Origin: Raillietiella orientalis | Lineage: Eukaryota | Direction of reading: 5' to 3' | Assembly: GCA_036172245.1 (NCBI GenBank) | Contig: JAYWIR010000034.1 | Span: 1,736,001 to 1,800,000 of the forward strand | DNA length: 64,000 nt | In this document: piece after piece, positions 44,701 through 56,520 of the stretch | Layout: each line of letters opens with the position of its first letter | Numbering within the stretch: position 1 is the first letter of the stretch | Translations under genes and position numbers: made by a program | The notes under the pieces: model-generated | The model's database searches: none | Told to the model about the DNA's origin: nothing | Seen by the model: the letters and a program-made list of their open reading frames with translations, nothing else

Positions 44701-47700
44701 ATATTTTTACCCCCTCCGAGCTCTATAAATAGAAGCGCGCCGTTTTCTGCCAGCTGCGACACAAATAGACCCCATCAACCGGCGATCAGCTAATTGGGGG
44801 CGCTTCCGCCAGCTAACGACGGCGAGCGTCCACTCGAAGCAGAGGGAGAAGCCTCTGGAACGTTCTTTTCAAAACTCTCGAGCCGAGTGCGACGAAAACC
44901 CGAAGGGGGGGGGGGCTCGGGCCGGGACTCGCGTTCCGCGGCCCCGCTGAAGGACCCTGAGGAATGCACCTGGCCGCGGACGGCTCGCAGCCGCTCCTTC
45001 GTCTCCCGCCGCCCCAGAGCTCCCGCGGACGGCGGCCTCGTCGCGAGCGGGCGGGGTGGATCGTCCCGAGGACGAGTCGCCGCGCGGCGACCGGATGCAG
45101 CCTCCGCGCGAGGCCTGAAGGGGGTGGCCTCCTACAGGCGACAAAACGCCCGCTGACCAGGCAAGCCTCGGGGGTAACCGGTTCCTCCATGCATGGCCAG
45201 CCGTCCCTCGTAGAACGGCTGCGTCTCGGCAAAGTCTCCGGGACGCAGCGGTGCTCGGAGTGAGTGAGCGGACGGAGACCATAGGACGCGTCGCCTTGGG
45301 GTGCCGCCCCACACGAACAGTGGGAGAAGTGCTCAGCACGGATCGGCAGCAGGAGAGGACGCGGAGGACGGTCTTGGCGGGAAAGGAGGCGACCCGCCCT
45401 TCGTGGATGCTCTGGGAGACCACGCGCGAGAGGGGCGGCTGGCTGCGTCCCCAAGCCCAAAGCACGCCGGAGGGCAGGAAGACCGCCTCCGGAGGAAGAC
45501 CAGTGCCCGTCCCCACCTCCGCCGAGCGGCAGGGGCTGGATCGCTGCTATCCCTCCCCACATCCGTGAGGCGCTCTCAGGAGTGTCGGCTAGCGGAAGAT
45601 CGCGCCTCTGCCCCAGGGTCGGCGCCGCTTCGTGCCCACCCCTCCGCGGGAGTGCGGGGAGGTGCCTGCCGGTCGGGGCGCCCCGTGGAAGGTACGCGCG
45701 CGTCTAGGAGGGCAGCTGGGTAGGGAAGCCCTCTTGGCTGAGGCTCGCCCCTCCCACCGCCACCCTGTGACGAGACAGACGAGCGCTCCTCCCCCTCTGC
45801 CCGGAGGCCACGTGGCAGATTCCGGTTCCGACGGCAGGGGAAAGAGCGCAGGAAAGCGAGAGGGGCATCTTTTCCCCTCCCTCCCCTCCTCGGCGCTTCG
45901 CCCCCTCAGCTCGGCACGCCCACCCTCGTACCTTCATGGAGCAGCGCCGCTACATCTCGCTCTGCGAGGGCGGGCCGGTGCACCGAGCTGGAAAACAAAG
46001 AGCTCGGAGTGAGCGCGCGAGGCGTGGAAGGCGCGCACGCTTTGCCGCCACGGGCGAGGCCGAGGGACCTACCCGTCGTCCAGAAAGCGCGGATGGCACG
46101 GGGAGGAGGGAGAAGGAGCAGTCAGTACCGCCTGCGCGGACCACCCACCTCTGCCTGCCTGCCAATGTCACCATCACCCATCGTCCGAAGGTGGATGCCC
46201 TCGTCCTCTTCGAAGATGGGCGCAGGAGGGGCAGCCATCTTTGAGCCTTACGGCAATGCCAGTTTGAACAGCTCGCGCTACCCCCATCGTTCCTGACCCC
46301 GCTCGGGACTCTTCAAAGACGCAAGAAAACTTGCGAGGGCGCTCCCAGCGACGCAGCAGGGGAGCCGGACCGGGCAGGTGACCTCGCAGGCGACTGCGGG
46401 GACCTGCAGGTCGGGAAGGTGCAACTGGGTAACCGTGCCACCGGCCCGGAGGACACGGGATTGAGCAAGGAGCCTTGGCCGGTTCGGGACAGTCACCCTG
46501 CAGACGAGTGGACCCTACGGCGGCGCTCCGAAAGAGGAGAGGAGGAGACGCTTCGCTCCCAGAGGTGCTGGGGAGGGCGCGGAACGTGCCGATCGCTCGA
46601 CCTCTCTGTCGCCAGAAGACGAGCCCATGTACACGAAGAGATGGAGGGAGGACAGTGTTGCTCCTGCGGACGCCTACGGGGGCCTCGGAGAAGGAGAGCC
46701 TTTCTCACCATTTCTCGCCCGGTAGCCGACTGACCACCCGAGCAGCGGCGGATGGGCCCCTCGCTACGCTGTCGCCGCCGAAGGTCAGCCCAATCCGTCT
46801 CGAGCACCACTTCCTTTTTCATGCTTGTGCTGTGCGAAAGGCGCAGGGGGTCTGGGAACTGTGGAAGACTCGAGACGATGCGGAGGCGCTCGGCTCCTGA
46901 GGACCAGAGTCAAGCGCTATCTGGAGATCATGGTGGAGCCGCCTACACCGAACTGCCTCAGCAACGAGGCGACACCTTCGCTTTCGCAGTTGTGCGTGTT
47001 CCCATGCGCCTCCCCCCCTTCTCGCGTCTGAGCTTCGCTGTTCTGCGACGCGAGGACGGCCTGCGCTGCTCTGCAGACAGAGCGTCTTCGTCCGGTCCTG
47101 CAAGCTGCTGTTTCCAGCAGCTTCACCGGATGCACCATGGAGCGAGCCAATGAGAGACAAGCAAACAGAGACAGCAACGGCATCCGATGGAACGGTGGCG
47201 AATGCGCCTGACAACAATGAAGACGCCAGAGATGGACAACAATGGCGACAGAAAACAAGATGATTGGCTCGTTTTCCGAGCTGCTCGTCAAATGACGCCC
47301 AGTGGCCGGTGCATACTGGAACGCTGCCAGCGACCATGCGCGGCTTCTGATCGGGGAAACCGTGGCGCCGCTTCGCAGCAGGGGTCGCCTCCCGGCCCGG
47401 CCTGAACATGCAGGGAGTTCTCCCTGCTAACCCACGTCGGTCACAAGGCCCGAGCCGAGTGGTTTCAAGGAGGCCTTCCTTTTACACCGCCCTCCAGGCG
47501 TGTGCGTGAAGGACCCGCATTACCCCTTGGCAGAAGCGTCGCATCGGCGGGCTGAGCAGCAGGAAGGCTTGCCCACCACTACCCGGAGAAAAAGGACCAT
47601 CGGGTTTGAGAGTCCCACGACACCACGACGGCTCCGCTGCTTGAGCTGCCCGGCAACACGGCGATCGCCTGCGCGCAGGAGCACTCTGCCACCACCGACG

Positions 47701-49339
47701 GTGGGGGAACTCCGCTAGTCCGAAGCGGAGGCACGGCGGCGGCTCCCTCGTCCCGGGAAGGCGCCGCCGCCGCTCCCGAGCCTCGAACGACGGTTCCTTG
47801 GGGCGGGGGGAAAAGGAGTCGAGACGGCCGTTACGGCATCCGGGGGCAGCTCCTGGGCACACGACCACTCCCTGCTCACGGACGGAACCTCCGGACCCCT
47901 TAGGCATGTCGCCAGAGGGAGTCCTCACTTGACCACCTGGATCCGTGGACGGTGTCCTCCTCATCATCGCGCTCTCTTTGTCCTTCTCTTCGGGCGCTGG
48001 ACCACCAACGGAAACTGCAACGACCGATCTGATGGTATCGAGGAAGAGAAGGAGCACTGCGGTGCCTCGCAGAGCGCCCTTTCCCCTCTCCCGGTCTGCA
48101 GAGCACCGCTGTCATTGAGGTCAACTCATTCCCCACCGAAGAGGCTTCGCGGCAGTCTACGAGGGAGGAAGAGGGAAGGGGAGACGAAGAGGAGGGGCCT
48201 GTGTCTCGCACTGCAGTGGAGACCGTCCCCATCCCTCCGCGCCAGCGGTGGAGGAAGAGGGGTACGAGCGGCTCTCAGGGGTTCCCTGCGAGGGGTTGCG
48301 GGCTGAGATTCGCCTGCCCGGAGGGATACGGTTCATGGAGAGCTCGATTTTCGGCTCCGGTGCTTGACGCGAGGGGGACTGAGAGGGGGGGATCTTTCGT
48401 AACGGGAGCCACGAAAGGCAGGATGGCAGACAGAGGACGATCCTCCCGCGGGAGCGCTGCTGCCGTCTCCCGGCACCTTGGAACATCTCCTGTCGTCGGT
48501 CGCGCCGGCCCACGTGAGGCAGAGGAACCCGCGCGCCGCATCGTGTGAGAACGGAGAAGCTGCAGCTTCCCTTGCAAGACGCGAGATGACAACGCGCTCT
48601 GCGGGCGGCCGTCTTTGATTCGGAAACGCAAGGGAGGGGGGCGGAAACGAAAGCCCACCCACACCCTCGTACTCCCGCACGTACGCACAGCAGCGCCAGA
48701 AAGGCACGTGGTGGTTTGTGGCGCGAGATTCAAGTCGTCCGGACGCGGCAGGCCGGGGCCGCCGCTGCGCACGGCATCCCTCGGGGCTTTTACAGCGCGG
48801 AAGGAGGGGGGGGACCCGCTGCACAGGTCCAGGGGCGAGGGGAGGCTGCTCCCACGAGAAAGTGCCCTGATGCTCCCTGGAAGCGACCAGCGACCCGGAA
48901 GAACCCGCTGGGCTCTCGGGCAGGCGAGCGGCAAGGCACCGCAAGGGAGCAGCGGGGCCTTCCAGGGGTCCGACAGCCGGCTTCTGCAGAAAGGGAACGC
49001 TGAGCCTCTGCCCCTACTCGGGACGCATTGGCGCCTTCCACTTTTGCTCCGACCTTTGCCTTCACGCCCGGTAAGCAGCGACGGACAGGCACGCAAAGGC
49101 CAGCCCGACCCAGCCGCCATCGCGGACGTGCTCGAAGAACAGAAGAACGGGGACCAGTGCCGACATCGCGTGGACGAAACCGGGAAGGCGGAGGCCTCCC
49201 GCTAGGATTCCCCAAACCGACCGGAAGAAAAGAGGAAGAAATTTCAGCCCTAGATGCGATCGAGGGCGGAGGCGCCTCCGTGGAATGGAGCGGCGCTCTC
49301 GCGGCGCGTCGGCGCGCATGCAGCACATGGGAGTTCAAG

Positions 49340-49560
49340 GGATCCAAATGAAAAGAAACAGGCGCGGCGGGCCAGATCAAGACATGGCAGCCTTGAGCCA
49401 TGGACGAAGGAAGTCTGCCTGCCAAGGGCAGCAAAGTCATGGATGTCCATCTACCCGGGCGCCTGGACCAAGTAGCAAGTGAGAAAGACCAAAATGAAGA
49501 TGGAGGACGGGGCGTTGCTAAAAGGGAGAGTGGACGACAGACAGAGCGAGCAAAGGCGGA
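49340..49560 (+). mobile_element. Decayed RTE-like LINE 3'-end fragment
   Basis: MDEGSLPA..KVMDVHLPG followed, after a frameshift, by RPK*RWR. This resembles the RTE C-terminal pattern RM.E.RLPK.V....G.R..GRPK.RW.D. Confidence 0.35.
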
Positions 49561-51812
49561 GCTGCGAAACGCCATTCCTCCGTCCTCATCCCCCTCGGAC
49601 GACGTGCCATTCCCTCCTGGCGCTAATCTGCGGAAATCCGGCCGGGATGTTTTTGGGGCTGGATGGACATATGCTGACCCGGCGGCGGAGAGTGAATAAA
49701 GACATCCGAGAACGCTGCTCAGCCTCTGGACCGGTCCTTTCTCCGCTCCTCCTGGGTCCCGAACATCACGCGGGCTGCGGTCGCCTGCGGGAGTCTCAGC
49801 GAACCGCCAGCTGAGCGCTTCGCCTCCACTACCGCAGGCTCCGCAAAGACGTGTCCAAGACGACGGCAGTTCGGCTGATCCGTGGGGGATGCTGAACGGA
49901 TAGCGTGGTCGCTAAGGGAGCGCCCGGCGTCCCACCCGGATACGGTGCCACCCGAGCCTCTCTCCCTTGTGCAGGAGGGATGTGGCGCTTCATCGGGCCC
50001 CGAAAGAGGAACCAACGCTCGTCCGGGCCCAGGCAGTCTGCGCCGTGCAGTGCCCTGCAGTGCAAGGAGGGGGGGTCGACCCTGGTCGTGACCCTTTCCG
50101 GAAACGAAGGGGAGGTCCCTCCCTCCTCCATCCGTGGCAACCGAGGCTCCGGCCTCAGCCCCCGCGGTCCCGCTCCACCGGTGAGACCACGGGAACCTGA
50201 CAGAAGCACGCGTCGTCGCCATGGATACCGCGGTATTCGCCAGGATCCCTTCTTCTTTCCCCCGAGTCAGCGCCCGGATCACCGGACCGGCCTTCAGCCG
50301 TCGCGGGTCAGGCCGGGTCAGCAACCCGGCGGAGCGGGGAGGGAGGTGCTCGCATCCTCTGGGGGTTGCGGAGGTCGACGCGAGGGGGTTCTCGTGCCGA
50401 AGCCGTCCGCCGAGGGGCACAGGCTGGAGAGCAGGGGCTGTCGAAGCGGAGGCGCACCCGGGCGTGCAAGGGCCCCTCTTCCGAAAGGGTTGAGAGAGCG
50501 ACCCCGCCATCCTCCGCGTGGGGTCCGGCCCGCCCCTTCCCTCCCCTTTTCCGGAGGAGGGCGGGGTCCCGCGAAACGAGGCGGGCGGAGGGGGCTGAGG
50601 GTAGGGAAGAGGTCGTCCCGTCCTCCCCGCTTCCGGTTAGTCATCCCTGCCCCGGGGTGCTCCTTCCCGTGGACTCGCGACGTTCCGGGATTCCCGCCGG
50701 GAGCGAGCGCAGTGCCTCTCCCCTCCCTCCCGAAAAGGACAGGGGCGGAGGCGGGAACGTGGCTCAGGGGGTTCGGGAGCCAAGCGCGAAGGAAGGGGAG
50801 AAAAAAAAAAAAAGGGAAGGGAAGGGAGGGGGGGGGGGGAAGCGCGGAGACAGCGGCTGGCGGGATGTCACCTTTCCCTTCCCTGCGTGGGAACGCGGGC
50901 GCGTCCCGCCTTGGAAGGGGGAAGACGACGACGACGCTGCGTCCCTCTTGGCCCCATTCCTGCCCGCCTGCCGCTCCTGCGCCTCCGTCCCGACTCCACG
51001 CGGACTAGGGCCGAGGACGAGAGGCGATCCGGAAGAAGCCCGCACCCCCCACCCCCTCTCTGGCCCACCTCATCCTCCCGGTCGAACGCGCGCTCAGCGC
51101 GTTTGCACGACGGGACGATTGCGCCTGCTGCCACCCCTCGGCCGGCGCTGGGATCCCAGCAGCGCGTTTTTGCACACTTCGAGCGACGGGGATCGTCTCG
51201 TAATCGCCGTCGCCGCCCCCGGCAACGTCCCCTCGGTGCTCCTACGGCTGCTGTCGTGACGACGCGCGCACTCCACAGCGCCACCTGCGTGCACTTTGGC
51301 CACTTCCATCGAGTGCGACGGAAGTGCACGTGCACCGTGGGCCGCAGCGCGAGAACCGCCGCCGGCGACACACGAGACCCCCAGCGCGACGTCACGGGGA
51401 ACGGCACGTGTGGGTGCGGATGGGGACCTTCCTTCCAAGCGCGCGACACGCGAGCGGGAGGGGGGCTCCCCTCCCGGCTACAGGGGCGGCGCACCAGCGC
51501 CCGCGGAGAGCCTGCGACGCCCCCGCCTCGAGGGGCGCGCGACCAGGGCCGTCGCCGTCGTCTGCGCCGTTCCAAGAAGAAGAAGGCGTGACGGAACCGT
51601 TCCCGTTACCAGGCTCCGTCACCCGCAGATTTATGGTCGTCGCTCGTGCTCAGCGATGAAAGACGCAGCCCTGCGAACACGAAAGCACGGATGTTGACAC
51701 TTTTTAAAACACGCCGTGAGTGAGGGGAACCGCATTAACCGGTTGGGGCGCTCGCTCCGTTGCTAAGATGAAGTGGGAGTACGGGAACCGCGACGGCGGA
51801 TCAGCGCCTTTT

Positions 51813-51832
51813 TGTGTGTGTGTGTGTGTGTG
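51813..51832. repeat. (TG)n microsatellite
   Basis: (TG)10 read directly. Confidence 0.9.
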
Positions 51833-54658
51833 CTGTTGCTTAACAGCCCTCCCCCCCCCCTCTCCCCTCCCTCCCTCCCTCCCGACTCGCAGTTTCTGAA
51901 GGACCGGAAAGGATGCCTCGCAGAGACCGCGAGCGCGGCGAGCTGGAGGGTTGCCGTAAAGCGGGAGGGGCAGGGGACAGCCGAATTGATTTTGCTCGAA
52001 AACGACCTCATTCTCATTAGAGCCGCTCATGTTTGCAAAAGCGATGAGCGGGGGCGGGAGGGGGGGGGGCAGGGAGGCGCCGCCGCTGCTGCTGCTGCCC
52101 TCGTCGTTTGTCGCTCCGCGAGAATCGCATTTTTTTTTTCTTTTTTTTCTTGCCTTTGTTGTTGTTGTTCAACAATGAAGCGGGGAAATGACGGACGCTC
52201 CGAGCCTCGTGACGGGCGTCGAAGTCACGATCGCGGCTGCGCAACGGACGCCTTTTGAGGCAGAAGGCAATTTCGGAAGGAGGGAAGAACGGAAAGGAAA
52301 AAATCCTGCGCGACGCCGAACAGCGACGAGCGAACGGGCGATGCCTTTTCTTCCCACCCTTTTTGCTTCTTGCCGAGGAAAGGGGCAACGCGGCGGGTTC
52401 GATTCTGGTTGCCCGGGGCGGCAGGCAGAGGTACCTGCCCCCCCCCCCCCCGCCGATCCTCGACTCCGTCGCAGGAGCGGGAAAACCAAGCGTCCTGCCC
52501 TCCCCTTCCCATGGGAACCCCTCCACGCCACAGGGTTGGCGGTGGCGGGCTCGACGCGGCCGCAAGGGCACGCGCACGCAGCCGCGGCGTCCCCATGGCG
52601 CCACAGGAGCGTAGCTGGCGAGCGGCCCAGAGCAGCCGCCCGTGACGGACGACCCCGAGGGACCGTTCCCGCCTCACGGTCCACGTGACGGGGCCTCGGA
52701 ATCCCCAGGAGCACTCGTCGGCAGCGGGCGGCGTCGCCATAGTCACACCAGCCCCCTGGGTGCTCCGGGAGCTCTGCCGTGCAGGGAGAGCGCGTCGGGG
52801 AAGGGAGGAGGGGCGCAGGAGGAGCAGCGTCTGCCGAGCCTGGAGCAGGCTCCCTCCGCTCCCTCCCGCAGGTCACCCTCCCGGGTTGGCTTTCGGGATG
52901 CACCTCCAGGAGGGACCCGGAAGGAAGGGCGCAGGGCGGGACTTCCTCCTAAGAACGACCTTCTCGGAGTCACAGTAAGTGACCGGCACAAGGGGGGAGT
53001 AAAGTTCGGAACTCCCTCGGGTCGGCTCTCCGCTCCTCGTGCTGTCAACGCGTGAGGAGCCGCGCGGGAGACCAGAGGCGGCGCCACCTTGCGGAGGCCA
53101 GCGGGAAAAACCACCGCCATTTCGGTGAGCCAGCCGGAAGCTGCTCCTCGCGACTCTGGTGAACGACGACCAGGACGGCCCGGCTCCATCTCCGCTGCTG
53201 CCCGCCTCGGCGCCCGCTCAGCAGCACGCGAGGGTCACCCCGAGCGGGCCACTTTCCGCACGGACGGCGCTCTCCCCTCTGGCGATGGTCCCCCGTCAGA
53301 GGAGAGGAGAAGGGGGGAGGTGAAGTTCTCGTCCCGGGTCCAAACTGCAGGGAGGGGCTTGAGGTCTCCCGGGAGACGGAAGGCAGGGGTCTCCGGCGGG
53401 GTGATTCCCGCCACAATGCATCCGGTAGCAGCAGGGAGGGGCGGAGTCGGGCGCCCGCGGAGGACACGAGCCCCCACCCTCCCGCTGTCCCTCCGGCTGG
53501 ACCCTCCTCACCTACCCGACCGCCTTCCGCCTGCGGCGGTGGCCCTCAGAATGGACGAGGACGACTCCAGCCCGACTGCGCTGAAGAGCGTCCCCGTGAC
53601 CACTTTGCCCTGCCCTCGGCGACCGAAGGGAAAGACTCTCGCCCCGGCGTCTAGAACGGAGCGTTTCCATGGCACCCACACAGCGACTGCGCTCGCGCGG
53701 CAGGGGGAAGGGGAGGGGAGGAAGAAGAAAACAGTGGGAAGAGAGAGAGGGTGGAGGCAGGAGCTTCTGTTGCAGCAGCAGCAGCATCCCCCCCCCCTCC
53801 CGAAGGCGTGAGGCGATGCCGGGACCCCCGAGGCGGCGGCGGCGAGGCATCACGCGATGCGATGGATCTGCGAGCGACGCGCGCTTTCGATGTAAGAGCT
53901 GCAGGCGAGGACGACCTCAAGTGCACACCTGGAGTCACGCGAACACCTCCAACGTTAGAACATCCCCTGGATACCCAGGGATGCTCCAGCTCCAACTATT
54001 ATCATCATCATCGCCTTCCAGGAGGGAAAGCAAGGAAGCGACGGCGCTGGCCTTGAGCGGCCGGGAACGGGAGGGTAGGGGCGGGAAAGGGGCTGCCGCG
54101 TCCCACGGGAGCAGCCGAGTTCGGGGCCGCGAGTACTCTGGAGAATCCCGCCGGAAGTCAGGCGGGCGCGCCCACCCGAGCTCTTCACTCGCGACCCCGC
54201 GATCCCTGCCCGAGTCAGAGGACCAATGGCCAGTGCTTCGTCGTTCCTCCCCCCCCCCTTTTCCCAGGCTTCAGGGAACGGGGTCTCTCCCTGATCGCGA
54301 CGACGATCGTCTGTCTTCCTGGCGCGTCTCCGTGTTTCGCGAAACACTGGGGAGGCCGGCCTTCCTTCCGCCCGCCAGACGGGCGCGCGGCATGGAGGGG
54401 CAGCGCCGTGACGTCACCGCACTCCGCCGCGGACGTGTCGAAACGTGGTAGTGGATTCGCGTGGCCTCTGACCGCCGCCTGGAGACTGCAAGCAAGACCG
54501 AGGAAGGCTGCATGCTTCTCTTCCTCCCTCCCCTCCCTCGGTGTCTGCGGACGTCTGCGAGCACACTCGCGGAGCATCACCCGGCAAGCAGCAGCGCTTC
54601 ACGCGAGCGATGCCGCTTCCCCGATTGAAATGCGCGCGAAAAGTGTAAACTCCTCCAG

Positions 54659-54694
54659 GCACGCACGCACTCACGCACGCACGCACGCACGCAC
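54659..54694. repeat. (GCAC)n microsatellite
   Basis: About 9 GCAC units with one interruption. Confidence 0.85.
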
Positions 54695-55979
54695 GTACTC
54701 GCGGATCTCTTCGTTTCATACCACGCCGAACAGGGAAATGAAATCATGGATCTCTCCAAGGCCGCAACGCCGTTGTAGGCGCTCTCCTCCCGTTGCCGAG
54801 CAACTGGGGACGTGCGAGAGAACGCGCCGCCTGGAGGAAACCGTACACTGCTGAAAATGTACGACGAAACACTACGTCCGTAATTTACGGTCACCCGCTG
54901 ACGAGCAAGTCCCCATCACCGGTGGCAGCGGGAAACCCACTCGAGCTCGTCCAAGAAATCCGGGGGAAAAATGCCTAGCAACGGTAGCGCAGGCAACGGT
55001 TACCCGCCCTCGTCGGCTCGAAGACGCATCACCCGCAACTCTCGCAGCTAACGACAAGGATACAAATGCATGCAGGAATATTTCCGGTGGCGTGGCGGAG
55101 GAGGGGGGGGGGAAGAGCGCTCTTTCGGCGGATCTCATTAGCGAGGCGCTCCCAGAGGGAACAGCGGGAAGCGAGAGGACCCCGAACGGAGGGGCGCTGC
55201 GGCCATGGAGCAGTGAGCCTGACCGAGGCGCTCCGGCCTCCGCACATGCGCACCCCTCGGGCACAGCTGACCACGCAACACGTGCGGCTTGGGCGAAATC
55301 CCCTCATGGGTCACCTTCCTTCCTTGGCGCCACACGGAGTTCGGGCAACCCAAACTCCATGGGGCGATGGACCGCCTCTCGGGGGGCGGCTGTAGGAGAG
55401 ACACCTCTCCATCTCTGTTTCCCCACCCCCTCGCCGCCACGGGAGGGAGCTAGATGTCTTCCTCTGGCGCCGGCACCGGAAGTCTTTTCTGCCGCATGCG
55501 CGGGCGCTGCCGGAGGCGTTGGGGCGCACCTCCTGGTTGCGCTGGTGACGTGACCGTACGCTGGAGGGGTCCACCGCAACACTCTGCGGATGGAGATGGC
55601 GAAACTCTCCTTCTTCTTCCTGCCTTCATCTCTTGGTGACATTCTAACGCGCCTTGCCAGCCTCCTTCGCTGCTCCCCTGCTGCCGGGCTTCGGAGCCAT
55701 CGCGGATCCACACGATGACGTCATCGCACCCGCTGGTGCGGGGCCGAGGCATGGAAAATGTCCCCGGGCAAGCACGCAGTTTCGCAGCTGAGTGGGGAGA
55801 GTCACCTGGCAACCTTCCCAACGACCGGATGGCGAAGCTCTCTCCCCCACCCCATCCTCTTTATCCTCTTTTTTTTCCGGGTTCTCTTTGTCTTTCGGAT
55901 GATGAGGAACCCTCAGCCTCCTCAAGGGGTAGGGGGAAAGCAGTGAAGCTCTTTGACGCTGTCCGCAAAATCTAGGGGT

Positions 55980-56520
55980 GACCTTTCAGAATGGGAAGCA
56001 CCCCGAAAAGGACCCCCCTGTGGATCCGGGAAGGCTCAAGAGGAAGGGGCCATCCCTCCCTGGCTTCTGGGAGGGACCCCGAAGGGAACCCTCGCTCTCA
56101 TTTCTTCTCCGGAGGGAACCCCAGAAGGGGTCGCTCCTGCTTTCCTCCCCCTCTGAAGAGAACCCCGAAGGGACGCTGCCCCTATTTTCTCCCAGAGGGA
56201 GCGGCGCGCTCCTTGATACTCTGAAGAGGCCTCGGTCGACCAGCTCTATGGAAAGCAACGGAGGGTCACCCCCAGAGGGAGGAGGGGGACGGCCGCATCC
56301 TCACAACCGGAGGGGAACAATCCCGGAGGGTTCTTCGGTTCGAACGAACCCGGATGCCAGACAACATGGGCATCCGCCAGTGCCGCCGAGTAGGCTAACC
56401 AGCTCCACCGTGCGGGGGCACTCTAAACCCACGGCGCTTCCCCCTCCTCCTGCCCCCGGACGGGATTCGAACCTGCGACGCCGCGTGCAGAGACCGCAGT
56501 GCCGCGCGGCCGGCAACGAG
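55980..56520 (-). mobile_element. tRNA-derived SINE-like dispersed repeat, copy 1
   Basis: The minus strand carries a B-box/T-arm GCAGGTTCGAATCCCG (plus strand 56461-56476). The body has repeated CCCGAAGGG-type units and is colinear with 10090-10460. Confidence 0.6.

Noticed and set aside
47906..48548. Signal-peptide-like stretch followed by RKRR (GVLLIIALSLSFSSGA..RKRRS), suggesting a plus-strand neuropeptide precursor
   Set aside because: An in-frame TGA at 47930 separates it from the only nearby ATG, and there is no convincing upstream acceptor.
56451..56520. Functional tRNA gene
   Set aside because: Only a T-arm/B-box is recognisable, with no acceptor stem, D-arm or anticodon arm; treated as a SINE head.
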